Position numbers and translations under genes: made by a program. Positions 56,403-64,000 of a stretch of 64,000 bases of DNA are shown here, one piece after another. The notes under the pieces were generated by a model, which was not told the origin of the DNA, searched no databases, and saw only the letters and a list, made by a program, of their open reading frames with translations. Source of the stretch: Gemmatimonadota bacterium. Its GTDB lineage: Bacteria; Gemmatimonadota; Gemmatimonadetes; JACCXV01; JAHWKZ01. The stretch lies in the NCBI GenBank assembly GCA_050732875.1, contig JBOHRQ010000006.1, positions 5,666 to 69,665 on the forward strand. Direction: 5' to 3'. The first letter of the stretch is position 1. Each line of letters opens with the position of its first letter.

Positions 56403-57350
56403 TCATCCGACCTGGAGATCGAGCTCCCAGGTCTCCGCGATCAGGCTCTTCCCGAAATCTTCGTTCGGCTCCACGTGCACGCGTTGGAACCCCGCCTTTT
56501 CGTAAAGTCGCCGCGCGTCCACGAGCACGCTGTTGGTCCAGAGGGTCATCTTCCGGTAGCCGACCCGCCGCGCGAAACCCACGCACTCGCCCACCAGCCG
56601 CGTTCCGATGCCGAGGCCGCGAGCCTTCGGCTCGACCAGGAGGCACCGGAGCTTCGCCACCTCGTCCGACTGCCGGACCAGGAACACCGAGCCCACGATC
56701 TCGCCGTCCAGCTCGGCGATCCAGCAGCGCTCCCGGGCGGCATCGAAGTCCCGGACGAACGCCGCCATGATCTCGGCCACCAGCGCCTCGAAGCGCTCGT
56801 CCCATCCGTACTCGCGGGCGTACAGGATGCCGTGGCGATGAACCACCCAGCCCAGATCCCCCGGCCGAGGGGGGCGGAGGACGAGCTCGGGCGCCGGCCC
56901 GGCAGGCGCCGCCCCGGTGCACGCCGCGCCGAGGAGGCCTTCGATCGTGGTCATGGCCTCGACGAGCATATCCTGCCGGTCGCTGGTCAGGGCATCCAGC
57001 ATCGCGGCGACCTCGTCTCCGGAGGCGGCGTCGAGCCGCGCGAAGGCCCTTCTGCCCTCGGCGGTGAGGGAGAGGAGGGACTGTCGCCGGTCCGTCTCGG
57101 ACGGCCGCCTCTCGATCAGGCCGCGCTCCCGGAATCCGCGCAGGATTCGGCTGAGGTAGCCGGCGTCGAGCGCGAGCTCGCCGCCGAGCTCGGTGGCGGT
57201 GGTCTCGCCACCCTGAGCGAGCTCGTAGATCACCCGCGCCTCGGTGAGCGAGAAGGGGCTCTCGAGCAGCCCTTCCTGGAGGACGCCGATCTGCCGGGTG
57301 TAGAACCGGTTGAAGCGACGCACCGCGCCAACGTGCCGAAGCCGATCCAT
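56403..57350 (-). CDS. Bifunctional MarR-family regulator / GNAT N-acetyltransferase fusion
   Basis: N-terminal winged HTH (LTEARVIYELAQGGETTATELGGEL); C-terminal GNAT domain (VEPKARGLGIGTRLV). Confidence 0.8.
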   Translation of the reverse strand: MDRLRHVGAVRRFNRFYTRQIGVLQEGLLESPFSLTEARVIYELAQGGETTATELGGELALDAGYLSRILRGFRERGLIERRPSETDRRQSLLSLTAEGRRAFARLDAASGDEVAAMLDALTSDRQDMLVEAMTTIEGLLGAACTGAAPAGPAPELVLRPPRPGDLGWVVHRHGILYAREYGWDERFEALVAEIMAAFVRDFDAARERCWIAELDGEIVGSVFLVRQSDEVAKLRCLLVEPKARGLGIGTRLVGECVGFARRVGYRKMTLWTNSVLVDARRLYEKAGFQRVHVEPNEDFGKSLIAETWELDLQVG

Positions 57351-57505
57351 TGCCGTCGAGAACTCTCCCAGGCTCGGGGGGCAGAGGCCGAGCCTGTCCG
57401 ATTGTACCATGATTTAGTTGAATTCGTCAAGGAACTAATCGGTGCTACGCTCCAAGAAGATCGCATGGGGATTGACGGCTATATAACTATGTATATAATA
57501 TCCTC

Positions 57506-58126
57506 ATGAGCTTGGCCCACATCCTCCTCGGCCTCCTCCGCGACCCTGCCAGCGGCTACGACCTGAAGGCCGAGTTCGAGCGTGGCGCTCGCCATTTCTG
57601 GTCCGCGGAGCTGAGCCAGATCTATCCGACCCTCAAACGCATGGAGACCCGGGGATGGCTGACGAGCGACACCGAGCCGTCGGACCGCGGGCCGGACCGG
57701 CGGGTCTACACGCGGACCCGGGCGGGCAGGGACGAGCTTCTCCGATGGTTGCGTGGCGGCCCGGTGGTCGGCACCGAGCGCTTCGCCTACCTGGCTCAGC
57801 TCGCGTTCATGGACGAGCTGGAAGATCTCCAGGAGTCGCTGGACTTCATGCGCGCCCTGAGGGCCCGCCTGGCCGCGTGGAGGGCGGAGCTCGTCGCGAT
57901 CGAGACCGGGGCGTTCGCGATCGTGCCCGGGTTCCCCGACGAGCTCCCCGCCGACGTCTTCCACGACCACGCCGCGCTCCGTATGGGGCTCCACACCCTC
58001 GCCGCCAAGCTCGAGTGGTGCGACGAGACGATCGCCCGGCTCGAGAGGCGGCTCGAAGCCGACAGGACATCGGCGAATGGCGAGTCGGCCGATGCGATCG
58101 ATCGGCGCCACTCCCCCACATCATAG
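57506..58126 (+). CDS. PadR family transcriptional regulator
   Basis: LGLLRDPASGYDLKAEFERGARHFWSAELSQIYPTLKRMETRGWL. Confidence 0.85.
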   Translation: MSLAHILLGLLRDPASGYDLKAEFERGARHFWSAELSQIYPTLKRMETRGWLTSDTEPSDRGPDRRVYTRTRAGRDELLRWLRGGPVVGTERFAYLAQLAFMDELEDLQESLDFMRALRARLAAWRAELVAIETGAFAIVPGFPDELPADVFHDHAALRMGLHTLAAKLEWCDETIARLERRLEADRTSANGESADAIDRRHSPTS

Positions 58127-58137
58127 GAGAGCCGACG

Positions 58138-58911
58138 ATGTTCACGATCTATCGCTCCCTGCTTCTGTTCCACGTGGCGGCCGGGTGCCTGGGGCTGGTG
58201 GCCTTCTGGGTCCCCGTGTTCGCCCCGAAGGGAGGCACGGTCCATGTCCGCGCCGGGAAGGTTTTTCTCTCCTGCGCGTACGTGGTGGCCGGCACCGCGC
58301 TGACGATCGCGCTCCTCACGCTGGCGAGCCCGTTCGGGACGCACCCCGAGGCCCGCCCCGACGATCCGGCGCGGATGGGCGCCGCGCTGACCCAGCTGCG
58401 CTTCCTCGAGGCCTTCCTGGGCTACCTGGCGATCGTCACGTTCGCGACCGTCTGGCACGGCGTACCGGTCATGCGCTCCCGGCGCGAGCGGACGCCGCTC
58501 CGGACCCCTTTCCACACGGCGGTGGGCGTGATCGCGATCCTGGCCGGGGCGGGGGTTCTCGTCCTCGGCCTCACGTTCGACCAGGAGGCCAGGTGGGTTC
58601 TGCTCGCCCTGTCGCCGATCGGCTTCCTCGTCGGCTCCGGCATGCTGCGCTACGCCCGCGGAGAGCGGAAGGAGCGAATGGCCCACTGGTACGAGCACCT
58701 GGGGTCCATGCTGGGCGGTGGGATCGCCTTCCACACGGCGTTCCTGGTGTTCGGGATCCGGCGCTTCATCGATTACGACCTGTCGGGGATCGTCGGGCTG
58801 CTCCCGTGGATCCTTCCGACGATCATCGGGACGATCGCGATCGCGGTCTGGACGCGGCACTACCGGAAGACGTTCGGAGATCTACCGTTGGAGAAGGCGA
58901 CCCGGGCCTGA
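58138..58911 (+). CDS. Hypothetical membrane protein co-transcribed with PadR
   Basis: Start refined to MFTIYRSLLLFHVAAG (an AGGAGA Shine-Dalgarno sequence lies upstream); 6-7 TM helices. The track ORF 57655-58911 is spuriously extended upstream. Confidence 0.7.
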   Translation: MFTIYRSLLLFHVAAGCLGLVAFWVPVFAPKGGTVHVRAGKVFLSCAYVVAGTALTIALLTLASPFGTHPEARPDDPARMGAALTQLRFLEAFLGYLAIVTFATVWHGVPVMRSRRERTPLRTPFHTAVGVIAILAGAGVLVLGLTFDQEARWVLLALSPIGFLVGSGMLRYARGERKERMAHWYEHLGSMLGGGIAFHTAFLVFGIRRFIDYDLSGIVGLLPWILPTIIGTIAIAVWTRHYRKTFGDLPLEKATRA

Positions 58912-58939
58912 TCCGGGGGCGCCGCGGCGGATCACCACA

Positions 58940-59965
58940 CTACGGCACGACCAGCAACGATCGGATCCGTCGCCCGAAGTCCTCCTCGCCCCATGGGATC
59001 GCGAGTTGCTCCCACTTGTGGCCGCCGTTGGCGGAGCGGTAGACACCGCGATTGCTGGCGGCATAGAAGACACCGGGCTCCACCGGATCGGTCTCCAGGA
59101 TCGGCGCCGTCATCCCCATGGCCCGTGGCAGCCCGTCCGTGACCGCCTCCCACGTCACCCCCCTCGCCCGCCTGTAGATCCGGGATTCCGCGGCCTTGGG
59201 GTCGTGGGCGAAGGTCGGACCCGGAGACGCCGAGACGAGGACCGTGTCGGGATCCCGCTGATCGACCGCCAGGCTCCAGCAGTAGCGATCCTGGAGCCCC
59301 GCCTCCCACTGGCCCCAGGTCTCCCCGCCGTCGCGACTTTCGAAGTAGCCATCCCCCGCGGCGGCATAAACGCGATCCTTCGCCTGAGGGTGGGTCTCGA
59401 TGCGATGGGCGTCCCGAGGCCCATCCTCCTTGCGATCCTCCCACCTCCGCCCGCCGTTCACGCTGCGGATCAGCGCCCCCGCCTCGATCGACACGTACAG
59501 CCGTCCCGCCTGATGAGGGTCGCACTCGATCCAGCGGACGTGATGGGTCTTAGGACGGGGCGGGAAGCTCCACTCCGTGGACGACGGGAGATCGTCGAGC
59601 CCTGGCCGCTCCTCCCACATCTCGCCGCCGTCGTCGGAGACGAAGACGGCGCTCGGGTCGGTGCCGACGTAGACGAACCCGTGGGCCGGGGTCTGCTCCA
59701 GGGCGCTGACCGCGATCGCGGTCACCCGCCCCCGCGGAAGCCCCTGGCCGACCCAAACCCAGGACTCCCCCCCATCGTCGCTGCGCCATACCCCATTGCC
59801 GAACGTCCCGCAGTACAGTCGCGACGGCCGGTTGGGATCCTTGGCCAGGCAGAGCGGCGAGGCCTCGCGGAGGTGGGTCCGGATCGACCACTCCCCGCGC
59901 TCGCGGCCCTCTTCGACGAACGCCACAAGCAGGGCGTCGTCCCGGGCGATCACCAGGTTCGGCAT
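58940..59965 (-). CDS. BNR/sortilin-like beta-propeller repeat protein (YCF48/glycosyl-hydrolase-like)
   Basis: Repeated S.DGG.TW motifs (SDDGGESW, SDDGGEMW, SVNGGRRW, SRDGGETW, SANGGHKW). Confidence 0.8.
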   Translation of the reverse strand: MPNLVIARDDALLVAFVEEGRERGEWSIRTHLREASPLCLAKDPNRPSRLYCGTFGNGVWRSDDGGESWVWVGQGLPRGRVTAIAVSALEQTPAHGFVYVGTDPSAVFVSDDGGEMWEERPGLDDLPSSTEWSFPPRPKTHHVRWIECDPHQAGRLYVSIEAGALIRSVNGGRRWEDRKEDGPRDAHRIETHPQAKDRVYAAAGDGYFESRDGGETWGQWEAGLQDRYCWSLAVDQRDPDTVLVSASPGPTFAHDPKAAESRIYRRARGVTWEAVTDGLPRAMGMTAPILETDPVEPGVFYAASNRGVYRSANGGHKWEQLAIPWGEEDFGRRIRSLLVVP

Positions 59966-60155
59966 GCGCCCAATCTATGGTGATCGGAGGAAAGTCGCCC
60001 CGAGACGTCCCTGGGGCGCGCTGATCCAGACTGCCGACGAGACGGTGCACCCCGGTTGTCGCGCCCCAGTGCCGCACCTAATTTCTCAGGCGCGCTCAGG
60101 GCGGTTTCTGCCCCCCTCCAAGCCGTTTCTCATCCGTCCCGACAGGAGACAGGCC

Positions 60156-60953
60156 TTGAAGATCGTCGTCTGCATCAAGCAGGTACCCGAGGGCGACGCG
60201 CGCCTTCGCATCGACGCCGATGGCGCCTCGATCGTCGAAGGCGACGTCGCCACCGAGATCAACGAAAGCGACCAGTTCGCCCTCGAAGCCGGCCTCCGGC
60301 TGGCCGAGGGGGGAGGTGACGGTGGCGAGGTCGTCGTCGCCTGCCTGGGCTCCGAGCGGGCGGAGGAGGCGATCCGACGGGCGCTGGCGATGGGCGCCAC
60401 GCGCGCGATCCATCTGGCCGACCCCGCCTTCCAGGGCGGTGACGCGGGAGCCACTGCGCGCGCCCTGGCCGCCGCCATCAAGCCCGAGCAGCCGGATCTG
60501 GTGCTGACCGGGCTTCAGTCCGACGATGCCGGGTGGGCCCAGACAGGCGTCATCCTGGCGGCTCGCCTCGGCTGGCCGAGCGCGACCCTGATCATGGAGA
60601 TCGAGCCTCCCCAGGACGGGCGCATCAAGGTCAAGCGCGAGCTCGAGGGCGGCTGGTTCCAGTGGGTCACGCTCCCCCTGCCCGCGGTGCTGACCATCCA
60701 GTCCGGCATCAACACCGTGCGCTACGCGACCTTGAAGGGAATCATGGGCGCCAAGAAAAAGGAGATCCGCAAGGTCGCCCCGGCCGACCTGGGGGCCGAC
60801 GCCGGTCGAGTCGGGAAAGCCGGCCGGAAGATCGAGGTGACGCGGCTCTACGTTCCCGAGAAGACGAAGGGCGCCGAGCTGATCGATGGCGACGCGGCGA
60901 CGGCCGCGGCGACGCTCGTCGACAAGCTCCAGAAGGAAGCGAAGGTGCTGTGA
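60156..60953 (+). CDS. etfB: Electron transfer flavoprotein subunit beta
   Basis: TTG start LKIVVCIKQVPEGDARLRIDA preceded by AGGAGA; the track ORF is extended upstream by spurious sequence. Confidence 0.85.
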   Translation: MKIVVCIKQVPEGDARLRIDADGASIVEGDVATEINESDQFALEAGLRLAEGGGDGGEVVVACLGSERAEEAIRRALAMGATRAIHLADPAFQGGDAGATARALAAAIKPEQPDLVLTGLQSDDAGWAQTGVILAARLGWPSATLIMEIEPPQDGRIKVKRELEGGWFQWVTLPLPAVLTIQSGINTVRYATLKGIMGAKKKEIRKVAPADLGADAGRVGKAGRKIEVTRLYVPEKTKGAELIDGDAATAAATLVDKLQKEAKVL

Positions 60954-61948
60954 TGGCGGGCGCGATCTGGGCGATCACGGAAACCGGCGCGAACGGGCTC
61001 AAGGGAATCTCGAACGAGGTGGTGGCCGCCGGGCAGAAGCTGGCCGGGCCGCTGGGGAAGCCGGTCGAAGCGGTCGTGATGGGATCGGCTGTGCGTGACG
61101 CGGCCGAGAAGGTCGCCGCGAAGGAGCTCGGCCGGGTGCGCCTGATCGACGACCCCCGGCTCGATCCCTATACGCCGGACGCCTTCACCGCGGCCCTCAA
61201 GCAGGCGATCGAGGCCGAGGGACCGGAGCTCGTCCTCTTCCCGCACACCTACCAGGTGCGCGACTGGGTGCCGCGACTGGCCGCCGAGCTGGAGGCCGGC
61301 TTCATCTCCGATGTCGTCGATGTCCGGGTCGCGGACGGCCGGCCCGTGTTCGTCCGCCAGCCCTATCAGGGCAAGCTCAACGCCGACTGCGTGTTCGCCG
61401 GTGACGGGCCGCATCTGGCGAGCCTCCAGTCGGGAGCGTACCTGGCCTCGGACGCCGCCGACGGCAACGCGCCCGCGGAGATCGTCGAGCAGGCGGTCGA
61501 CCTCTCCGGAGTCGAGATCCGCACCGAGGTGCTCGATACCTTCCAGGAAGTCGAGGACAAAGTCGACCTCTCGCGCGCCGACGTGATCGTGGCCGTCGGC
61601 CGGGGGATCGGCAAGCAGGAGAAGATCGGGATCGTCGAGGAGCTGACGAAGGCGCTCGGCGGGCAGCTCGCCGCCAGCCGTCCCGTCTGCGACAACGAGT
61701 GGCTCCCCATGGATCGGCAGATCGGCTCTTCGGGGCAGACCGTCGCTCCCCGGCTCTACGTGGCGGTCGGCATCTCCGGAGCCATTCAGCACCTCGTGGG
61801 TATGAAGAACTCGGGCACGATCGTCGCCATCAACAAGGATGCGAACGCGCCCATCTTCTCGGTCTCTGACTACGGCATCGTCGGGGACCTCTTCGAGATC
61901 GTGCCCGCGCTGACCGAGAAGGTGAAGGAGGCGAAGGGCGCGGCCTGA
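60953..61948 (+). CDS. etfA: Electron transfer flavoprotein subunit alpha
   Basis: MAGAIWAITE...; C-terminal FAD-binding region; ATG overlaps the etfB stop (TGATG). Confidence 0.85.
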   Translation: MAGAIWAITETGANGLKGISNEVVAAGQKLAGPLGKPVEAVVMGSAVRDAAEKVAAKELGRVRLIDDPRLDPYTPDAFTAALKQAIEAEGPELVLFPHTYQVRDWVPRLAAELEAGFISDVVDVRVADGRPVFVRQPYQGKLNADCVFAGDGPHLASLQSGAYLASDAADGNAPAEIVEQAVDLSGVEIRTEVLDTFQEVEDKVDLSRADVIVAVGRGIGKQEKIGIVEELTKALGGQLAASRPVCDNEWLPMDRQIGSSGQTVAPRLYVAVGISGAIQHLVGMKNSGTIVAINKDANAPIFSVSDYGIVGDLFEIVPALTEKVKEAKGAA

Positions 61949-61952
61949 CCCG

Positions 61953-63176
61953 ATGCGCCCACACGGCCTACGCATGGAAGACCTGAAGATCTTCGAGGAA
62001 GTCTCGCTCGAGTGCGACGAGAAGGGGACGCTCCCCTATGAGGGCGGCCACAGCCACGGCACGACGGGCGTGCTCCTGGCGGCCGACACACCGCTCCCCT
62101 TCGACGGCTATCGGGCGATGGACGAGGGCGAGTGCGCGAGGCGGATCCACGCCGCCAAAGCCACGCTGGGCGACGACCTCGTCATCCTCGTCCACCATTA
62201 CCAGCGGAACGACGTCTATCAGTTCGCCGACCTGACGGGAGACTCGTTCAAGCTCTCCCGGCAGGCGGCCGACGCCGAGGCGACCACGATCGTCTTCTGC
62301 GGGGTCCACTTCATGGCCGAGTCCGCGGACATCCTCTCGCGGGACGACCAGGTCGTGATCCTGCCCGACCTGTCGGCCGGCTGCTCGATGGCCGACATGG
62401 CCGACATCGGCCAGGTGGAGGAGTGCTGGGACGCGCTCGCGGACGCCCTGGGCGGCGATCCCGCCCGGCGCGTCATGCCGGTGACCTACATGAACTCGAG
62501 CGCGGACCTCAAGGCCTTCTGCGGCCGACTGGGTGGCATCGTGTGCACGTCCAGCAACGCCGCCGCGGTCCTCGAGTGGGCGTACGCCCAGCGCGAGAAG
62601 GTGCTCTTCTTCCCCGACCAGCATCTGGGACGTAACACGGCCAAGGCGATGGGCATCCCGCTCGAGGACATGGTCCTCTGGAGCCCGCGCGCCGTCGACG
62701 GCGGCGTGGACCCGGAGGGGCTCGAGCGCGCCAGGATCATCCTCTGGGAGGGCTGGTGCTCGGTCCACAATCTCTTCCGGGCCGAGCACATCGATCGGAT
62801 CCGGGAGGCGAAGCCGGGCGTCCGGATCCTCGTTCATCCCGAGTGCCGGATGGAGGTGGTCGACAAGGCCGACGTGATCGGCTCGACTGAGAAGATCGTC
62901 CGCACGATCGAGGCGGCGCCGTCCGGCAGCGAGTGGGCAATCGGGACCGAGATCCATCTCGTCAACCGGCTCAAGGAGCGGCATCCCGACAAGGGGATTC
63001 ACTTCCTGTCTCCGACCGTCTGCATGTGCGCGACCATGTACCGGATCGACATGCCCCATCTGGCTTGGACGCTCGACAATCTGGTCACGGGCCACGTCGT
63101 CAACCGCGTCCAGGTCGACGTGGAGACCGCCCGCCTGGCGCGCGTGGCGCTCGACCGGATGCTGGCCGTCGTCTGA
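61953..63176 (+). CDS. nadA: Quinolinate synthase NadA
   Basis: Conserved regions VHFMAE, VTYMNSSADLKAF, ILVHPEC, CMCATMYRI. Confidence 0.85.
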   Translation: MRPHGLRMEDLKIFEEVSLECDEKGTLPYEGGHSHGTTGVLLAADTPLPFDGYRAMDEGECARRIHAAKATLGDDLVILVHHYQRNDVYQFADLTGDSFKLSRQAADAEATTIVFCGVHFMAESADILSRDDQVVILPDLSAGCSMADMADIGQVEECWDALADALGGDPARRVMPVTYMNSSADLKAFCGRLGGIVCTSSNAAAVLEWAYAQREKVLFFPDQHLGRNTAKAMGIPLEDMVLWSPRAVDGGVDPEGLERARIILWEGWCSVHNLFRAEHIDRIREAKPGVRILVHPECRMEVVDKADVIGSTEKIVRTIEAAPSGSEWAIGTEIHLVNRLKERHPDKGIHFLSPTVCMCATMYRIDMPHLAWTLDNLVTGHVVNRVQVDVETARLARVALDRMLAVV

Positions 63177-63238
63177 TCTTCCGCTCCATACTTCCTCCAC
63201 CGATCCACCGGCGCGGCTCCCGCCGCGCGATCGCCGCC

Positions 63239-63607
63239 GTGCTGGGGGTGGCGACGCTGACACTCCTCGGGTGCGGGCTGCGGCAGCGGATCCCGGGCTT
63301 CGGTCCGGCGCGGGACGGTACCCTCCTCGTCCGGCACAGCGAGTCAGCTCCACAGGAGATCTGGGTGAACGAGACCCTGCTCGGACTGGCGCAGCCGGGC
63401 GGCATCACCTGCTTCCAGGACGTTCCCACGGGCACGCTGCGGGTCGAGGCGCGGGAGCCGGGCGCGGTGCTCTCCTCCGGCATCGAGACGCTGACCCGCG
63501 CGACCCAGATCGTCCTCCCGCCCGAGCAGCCGCTTCTCTGGGACATCGACCACGACCAGGTGTTCTCGGGCCGGGCGCACGCACGGCTGTGTGGGGAAGG
63601 CGATTGA
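63239..63607 (+). CDS. Putative small lipoprotein (start uncertain)
   Basis: ...AIAAVLGVATLTLLGCGL (lipobox) follows the nadA stop; no canonical ATG, so GTG is proposed. Confidence 0.35.
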   Translation: MLGVATLTLLGCGLRQRIPGFGPARDGTLLVRHSESAPQEIWVNETLLGLAQPGGITCFQDVPTGTLRVEAREPGAVLSSGIETLTRATQIVLPPEQPLLWDIDHDQVFSGRAHARLCGEGD

Positions 63608-63640
63608 CATTTGTACTGCATGCTTACATGTTTAAAGCAT
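63608..63640. promoter_or_regulatory. AT-rich promoter/operator with TTGACA and a near-palindrome (CATGTTTAAAGCATG) upstream of vapB
   Basis: TTGACATTTGTACTGCATGCTTACATGTTTAAAGCATG lies immediately 5' of the antitoxin start. Confidence 0.4.
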
Positions 63641-63869
63641 GAGCAGGATGATCCAGCTCCGAAACGTCCCCGATTCCCTCCACCGGAAGCTCAAGTCCCG
63701 CGCCGCGCTCGCCGGAATGTCCCTTTCCGACTATCTCATCGGCGAGATCCGAAAGACCGCCGACCGACCGACGATGGAGGAGCTCCGGGAGCGGCTCGCC
63801 CGGCGTGAGCCGGTCCGTCCGAAAGAGTCACCGGCGGAGGCGGTCCGGGCCGAACGCGAGCATCGGTGA
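63639..63869 (+). CDS. vapB: VapB/FitA-type antitoxin (RHH/Arc-like)
   Basis: MIQLRNVPDSLHRKLKSRAALAGMSLSDYLIGEIRK. Confidence 0.8.
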   Translation: MSRMIQLRNVPDSLHRKLKSRAALAGMSLSDYLIGEIRKTADRPTMEELRERLARREPVRPKESPAEAVRAEREHR

Positions 63870-64000
63870 TCGTCGTCGACGCTTCGGCGATCCTCGAAGT
63901 TCTTCTCGGAACGCCGGCCGCTGATGCCGTCTCCGAGCGACTCTTTCGGGAAGGGGAGACCTGGCATGCACCGCATCTCCTCGATCTCGAGGTCGCTCAG
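63866..64000 (+). CDS. vapC: VapC PIN-domain toxin (3'-truncated by the window end)
   Basis: GTG start overlapping the vapB stop (GTGA): VIVVDASAILEVLLGTPAADAVSERLF... Confidence 0.75.
   Translation, partial: MIVVDASAILEVLLGTPAADAVSERLFREGETWHAPHLLDLEVAQ

Noticed and set aside
57655-59042. 418-aa and 321-aa plus-strand ORFs spanning the PadR / membrane-protein region.
   Set aside because: Only the part from the ATG at 58138 (after an AGGAGA Shine-Dalgarno sequence) is a hydrophobic membrane protein. The upstream extension overlaps padR in another frame.
1-64000. CRISPR arrays, tRNA/rRNA genes, integrases and transposases.
   Set aside because: No periodic direct repeats, no tRNA-like GTTCGAATC T-arm motifs in intergenic regions, and no recombinase-like ORFs were seen.

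Overview
This 64 kb window is very GC-rich (~69-70%) bacterial chromosomal DNA with about 60 protein-coding genes on both strands. I found no rRNA, tRNA, CRISPR array, transposase or integrase. The gene content suggests an environmental high-GC lineage such as Gemmatimonadota, Acidobacteria or Myxococcota, but this is a guess from content and I ran no database search.

Housekeeping genes recognised by motif:
- mutS
- holA
- a PolX/PHP DNA polymerase
- etfB-etfA followed directly by nadA
- an acyl-CoA ligase
- an ECF sigma factor with its zinc-finger anti-sigma factor
- an Atm1-like ABCB exporter
- a partial TonB-dependent receptor next to a LacI regulator
- two tandem duplicated cold-shock protein genes carrying long conserved 5' leaders

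Accessory content is dense:
- four classical type II toxin-antitoxin (TA) pairs: higBA with a frameshifted toxin, a RelE/ParE toxin with its antitoxin, relBE, and vapBC cut by the window end
- two modules of a small protein followed by an AbiEii/MNT-like nucleotidyltransferase (NTase), one reduced to a remnant
- three class III adenylate/guanylate cyclase genes, two with a TolB-like plus TPR architecture
- a standalone ComEC-type metallo-beta-lactamase-fold hydrolase immediately downstream of one cyclase
- several secreted hydrolases and a split YeeE/YedE transporter

The most unusual locus is at 32459-33253. A double-zinc-ribbon-like ORF ends on an in-frame TGA exactly where the last Cys of a CxxC knuckle is expected. 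It is followed in the same frame by ATG and a complete cyclase catalytic domain, with a perfect 8-bp stem-loop about 15 nt downstream. This is either a nonsense-split zinc-ribbon cyclase or a recoding/selenocysteine candidate.

Coordinates come from the supplied ORF track, with starts refined from N-terminal motifs. Regulatory-site coordinates are approximate (±2 nt).
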